DNA of 64,000 nucleotides from an uncultured Gammaproteobacteria bacterium (GTDB lineage Bacteria; Pseudomonadota; Gammaproteobacteria; JBGSLN01): NCBI GenBank assembly GCA_963748135.1, contig CAVVHY010000014.1, positions 13,188 to 77,187 of the forward strand, read 5' to 3'. Shown piece by piece: positions 60,363 to 64,000 of this stretch (position 1 is its first letter; each line of letters starts with the position of its first letter). The notes under the pieces were generated by a model. It saw only the letters and a program-made list of their open reading frames with translations, ran no database searches and was not told where the DNA came from. The position numbers and the translations under genes were made by a program.

Positions 60363-61910
60363 ATGGCAAATACAAAACGACCATTCGTATTAATTATTTT
60401 GGACGGCTGGGGTTATAGCGAAAACCACCAAGCGAATGCTATCTATAGCGCCGCCACACCGGTTTGGGACAGACTCTGGCGAAAGTATCCACACACCTTG
60501 GTGTCTGGTTCTGGCCGTGGCGTAGGATTGCCTGTTGGACAAATGGGTAACTCGGAGGTGGGACATTTAAATATTGGTGCTGGCCGAATCGTGCATCAAG
60601 AATTTACCCGTATTGAAAACGCCATTGCTGATGGGGAATTCTATGCCAATCCAATCCTGATCAAGGCCATTGACGATGCCAAGGAACATCAAAAAGCAAT
60701 CCATGTATTAGGTCTATTATCTCCCGGCGGTGTCCATAGTCACGAACATCAAATCCACACACTATTAAAAATGGCCGCCCAGCGTGGCGCCAAGCAACTT
60801 TATTTGCATGCCTTTTTAGATGGTCGAGACACGCCACCACAGAGCGCTGGGACATCATTGCAAAAGCTAGATGACTTATTTCATGAACTCGGCGTCGGCA
60901 AGACAGCCTCGATAATCGGCCGCTATTATGCCATGGATCGTGACCAACGTTGGGAACGTATTCAAGACGCCTATGATTGCTTGACCTTAGGCAAGGCTGA
61001 GTATAGCGCCGAAAGTGCAAGCCAAGCATTACACATGGCATATCAACGCAATGAAACCGACGAATTTGTTCACGCAACCACGATCCACAGTCAAGACCAA
61101 CAACCTATCACCATCCATGATGGTGATAGTGTCATCTTTATGAATTATCGCGCCGATCGCGCACGACAATTAACCCGTGCCTTTACGACAGATGATTTTA
61201 CCGGTTTTTCCCGTAGCAAACGACCCAAGCTCAGACACTTTGTTAGCCTAACCCAATATGCTAAAGATTTAGCGGCTGAGGTCGCATTTCCGCCGATTAG
61301 TCTTGATAATGTCTTAGGCGAATACATCGCCAAACAACAACTGGCTCAATTGCGAATCGCCGAAACTGAAAAATATGCCCATGTCACCTTCTTTTTCAAT
61401 GGCGGGCGAGAGCAACCTTTCCCAGGTGAAGATCGAATTTTAATAAATTCGCCAAATGTTGCGACCTATGACCTGCAACCTGAAATGAGTGCACCGGAAC
61501 TCACCGATAAATTAGTTGCTGCAATCAATGAAAAAAAATATGATTTGATTGTTTGTAACTATGCCAATCCGGATATGGTTGGCCATACAGGTAATTTTGC
61601 AGCAACGGTTAAGGCCATCGAGACTATCGATCATGCTTTGGATCGAATTGTAAAGGCCTTAGCCCATGTTGATGGTGAATTAATTATAACAGCCGACCAT
61701 GGCAATGCTGAACGAATGTATGACAAACATACTAAGCAGGCACATACGGCCCATACCAGCGAACCCGTACCATTGATCTATGTTGGACGACCAGCAAAGA
61801 TCAATAATCATGATGCCGCTTTATCCGATATCGCCCCGACCATTTTACAATTAATGGGTCTAAAAATCCCGGCAGAAATGACAGGTAAACCAATAATCAC
61901 TTTAATATGA
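60363..61910 (+). CDS. gpmI: 2,3-bisphosphoglycerate-independent phosphoglycerate mutase
   Basis: 515 aa. [32 protein letters not shown] and TADHGNAE. Confidence 0.95.
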   Translation: MANTKRPFVLIILDGWGYSENHQANAIYSAATPVWDRLWRKYPHTLVSGSGRGVGLPVGQMGNSEVGHLNIGAGRIVHQEFTRIENAIADGEFYANPILIKAIDDAKEHQKAIHVLGLLSPGGVHSHEHQIHTLLKMAAQRGAKQLYLHAFLDGRDTPPQSAGTSLQKLDDLFHELGVGKTASIIGRYYAMDRDQRWERIQDAYDCLTLGKAEYSAESASQALHMAYQRNETDEFVHATTIHSQDQQPITIHDGDSVIFMNYRADRARQLTRAFTTDDFTGFSRSKRPKLRHFVSLTQYAKDLAAEVAFPPISLDNVLGEYIAKQQLAQLRIAETEKYAHVTFFFNGGREQPFPGEDRILINSPNVATYDLQPEMSAPELTDKLVAAINEKKYDLIVCNYANPDMVGHTGNFAATVKAIETIDHALDRIVKALAHVDGELIITADHGNAERMYDKHTKQAHTAHTSEPVPLIYVGRPAKINNHDAALSDIAPTILQLMGLKIPAEMTGKPIITLI

Positions 61911-63070
61911 TAAATAGATCGCTTAATTTAATAGTCATTTTAACATTGGCCTTGTGTGCATTTTATATGGCATCGGCACAGGCAACGCTTGCCCAGACAA
62001 AATCAAATATTAAACAAAAATCGCAACAATTACATAAGGTTAATCAAAGGATAACGCATATTCAACATGCCCTGGTGCATGATAAGAGTCAACGCAGTGA
62101 TTTACAAAAGCGTTTACGCCAAACTGAGATTAACATCGGACTTATCTCCCAAAAACTTAACCAGTTAAAACCTGAACTTGAACATCAACACCATGTATTA
62201 ACAAAATTACAAACCCAACAACGAGATTATCAACAACAATTGGTCAAGCAGCGGCTGGCCTTGGCCAAAGAAGTTCGTGCCGCTTACATGTTAGGCCAAC
62301 ATCAGTATGTTAAGATATTGCTAAACCAGCATAATCCGGCAATGATCAGCCGCATTATTCAATATTTCAAATATATTAATCAGGCAAGACTAAAAATCAT
62401 TGGTCGATTACAACAAACCTTGGCTAAACTCGACCAAACACAACAACAAATTGCTATTCATACCCGGAAATTGGAACAGTTGTATCAACAACAACAAACT
62501 GCAGCCAAACAATTACAGGATGAATTAACAACTCGCAAAAAGGTATTGGCACAGGTTAATGCACGGATCAAGACTAGAGGTCAACGCTTAAAGCAATTAG
62601 CGGAAAATAAGACGACATTACAACACTTGATTAAAAAATTACGTCGTCAAGCGCAATCGATCCAACAACCTAAGATTCCTTTTTCCAAGATGCGTGGCCG
62701 ACTCCATTGGCCGACCAATGGACGCATTGCTATGCATTTCAATAGCAATATCCTTGACAGTCATTTGCAATATAATGCGGTATTGATCTCTGCCCCATCA
62801 GATCAAGCTGTGCGTGCTGTGTACCCGGGCAAGGTGGTATTTGCCAGTTGGTTACGCGGCATTGGCTTGCTCATCATTATCAATCATGGCCATGGTTTTT
62901 TGACACTTTATGGTCACGACCACTCCCTCCTGAAACACACAGGTGACACTGTTAATGCCGGTGAAATAATAGCCACCGTGGGCAATTCCGGTGGTAATGA
63001 AAAATCTGGTCTATACTTCCAGATAAGGGACAACGGAAAACCGTTAAATCCTGAAACCTGGTGTAAATAA
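61907..63070 (+). CDS. envC: Murein hydrolase activator EnvC-like (coiled coil + M23/LytM domain)
   Basis: 387 aa. Signal peptide, a long Gln-rich coiled coil, and a C-terminal LytM domain ([14 protein letters not shown]...GNSGG). Follows gpmI as in E. coli. Confidence 0.75.
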   Translation: MINRSLNLIVILTLALCAFYMASAQATLAQTKSNIKQKSQQLHKVNQRITHIQHALVHDKSQRSDLQKRLRQTEINIGLISQKLNQLKPELEHQHHVLTKLQTQQRDYQQQLVKQRLALAKEVRAAYMLGQHQYVKILLNQHNPAMISRIIQYFKYINQARLKIIGRLQQTLAKLDQTQQQIAIHTRKLEQLYQQQQTAAKQLQDELTTRKKVLAQVNARIKTRGQRLKQLAENKTTLQHLIKKLRRQAQSIQQPKIPFSKMRGRLHWPTNGRIAMHFNSNILDSHLQYNAVLISAPSDQAVRAVYPGKVVFASWLRGIGLLIIINHGHGFLTLYGHDHSLLKHTGDTVNAGEIIATVGNSGGNEKSGLYFQIRDNGKPLNPETWCK

Positions 63071-63225
63071 CTATAATAATAAAAAGGCTTTGCCAATTTC
63101 ACCAATAAATCTTGGTAAGTCTTTGAAAAAACCAATCAATTATGTAGTGTACCAGCCCATGTTGAGCAATAAGAACAACAAAAGCTTGTATAGAAATGAT
63201 TGGGTAAAGGGGTGGGAGTATAGCC

Positions 63226-64000
63226 ATGAGGACATATAAGCAAACAATCAGTGCCGGCATTGTCGGTGTTATCATTGGTGTGAGCATAGCAACTGCTGGT
63301 TTAGTTGCGGCAGACAAAGAACCTGCCAAGAAAAACGCGTTACCGATCAAAGAAGTCCAAAGATTTACCTCGGCAATTAGCCAAATTAAAAGTTTCTATG
63401 TCAAACCAATATCAGATCAAAAACTATTCGACAATGCTATTCGTGGCATGCTCGAAGGTTTAGACCCACATTCTGATTATCTTGATCAAGAAGAGTTTAG
63501 CGAATTGACTTCAAATACGCGTGGTAAATTCAGTGGCCTTGGCATAGAAGTCACTATGGAACACGGGGTTATCAAAGTCATTACCCCAATTGATGATTCT
63601 CCTGCGGCCAAGGCTGGCATTAAACCGGGTGACCTTATTATTAGTCTGGATAATACCCCAGTAAAAGGCTTAAGTTTACGCCAAGCGGTAAATAAAATGC
63701 GCGGCAAACAAGGTACCAGCATCACCCTGACCGTAATCCGTGAGGGTGAGAAAAAACCGCTTAAGATTGATGTCACCCGCAATGTGGTCGAGATAAAGAG
63801 TGTCAAATCGGAATTGTATAGTGGTGGCTTAGGTTATATTCGCATTAGTAATTTCCAGGTGCCCACTGCAGATGATGTTAGCAAGGCAATAAATAAGCTT
63901 AAAGAGCAAGCTCACGGCAAATTGCATGGTATTGTCCTGGATTTGCGTAATAATCCTGGCGGCTTACTCGATTCTGCTATCGAAGTCTCTGATGAATTTT
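63226..64000 (+). CDS. ctpA: S41 carboxyl-terminal processing protease (Ctp/Prc family), N-terminal part running off the window
   Basis: From ATG 63226: MRTYKQTISAGIVGV...FDNAIRGMLEGLDPHSDYL...FSGLGIEV...PIDDSPAAKAGIKPGDLI (PDZ)...LDLRNNPGGLL. No stop before nt 64000. It is not in the ORF track because it is open-ended. Confidence 0.85.
   Translation, partial: MRTYKQTISAGIVGVIIGVSIATAGLVAADKEPAKKNALPIKEVQRFTSAISQIKSFYVKPISDQKLFDNAIRGMLEGLDPHSDYLDQEEFSELTSNTRGKFSGLGIEVTMEHGVIKVITPIDDSPAAKAGIKPGDLIISLDNTPVKGLSLRQAVNKMRGKQGTSITLTVIREGEKKPLKIDVTRNVVEIKSVKSELYSGGLGYIRISNFQVPTADDVSKAINKLKEQAHGKLHGIVLDLRNNPGGLLDSAIEVSDEF

Noticed and set aside
1-64000. Scan for rRNA, tRNA, CRISPR arrays, IS transposases, integrases and prophage genes
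   Set aside because: None was recognised by eye in any intergenic region or ORF translation. A tRNAscan/Infernal run would be needed to exclude small RNAs formally.

Overview
This is an AT-rich gammaproteobacterial chromosome segment. Its synteny and its eukaryote-like proteins suggest a Legionellales-type intracellular bacterium, but that is inference only. All calls come from reading the ORF translations and the DNA by eye; no database search was run.

The conserved backbone, in window order:
- pilB (partial)-pilC-pilD-coaE, an APC permease, zapD-yacG, and mutT-secA.
- A DUF721 (DciA-like) gene and lpxC.
- A minus-strand dcw cluster: ftsZ-ftsA-ftsQ-ddl-murB-murC-ftsW-murD-mraY-murF-murE-ftsI-ftsL-rsmH-mraZ.
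- typA, mlaA, trmL and a SpoU-type methyltransferase.
- gpsA-secB, a YibN-like rhodanese, and gpmI-envC-ctpA (partial).

Three accessory blocks interrupt the backbone:
1. About 9.3-13.3 kb: an AAA ATPase and a decayed ankyrin-repeat gene split by a 17-bp tandem duplication.
2. About 33-48.6 kb:
   - a TPR protein;
   - an 85-aa peptide with four aromatic-x-Lys triplets next to a radical SAM/SPASM-like enzyme, which I read as a candidate cyclophane (darobactin/triceptide-like) RiPP;
   - a PAS-LuxR regulator;
   - one uninterrupted 3394-aa ORF combining an NRPS-like A-T...TE part, two NACHT-like P-loops, pentapeptide repeats, a beta-propeller-like region, an F-box-like motif and a C-terminal O-methyltransferase.
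3. About 52.9-56.7 kb: two tandem eukaryotic-like Ser/Thr kinase paralogs, each preceded by a PmrA-box-like direct repeat.

Other observations:
- murG is absent from its canonical ftsW/murC slot.
- murC carries four homopolymer frameshifts and mraY carries one. These are either real decay or sequencing errors.
- A modular structured repeat occurs three times.
- Long hairpin inserts sit in two dcw intergenic regions.
- No rRNA, tRNA, CRISPR array, transposase or integrase was recognised.
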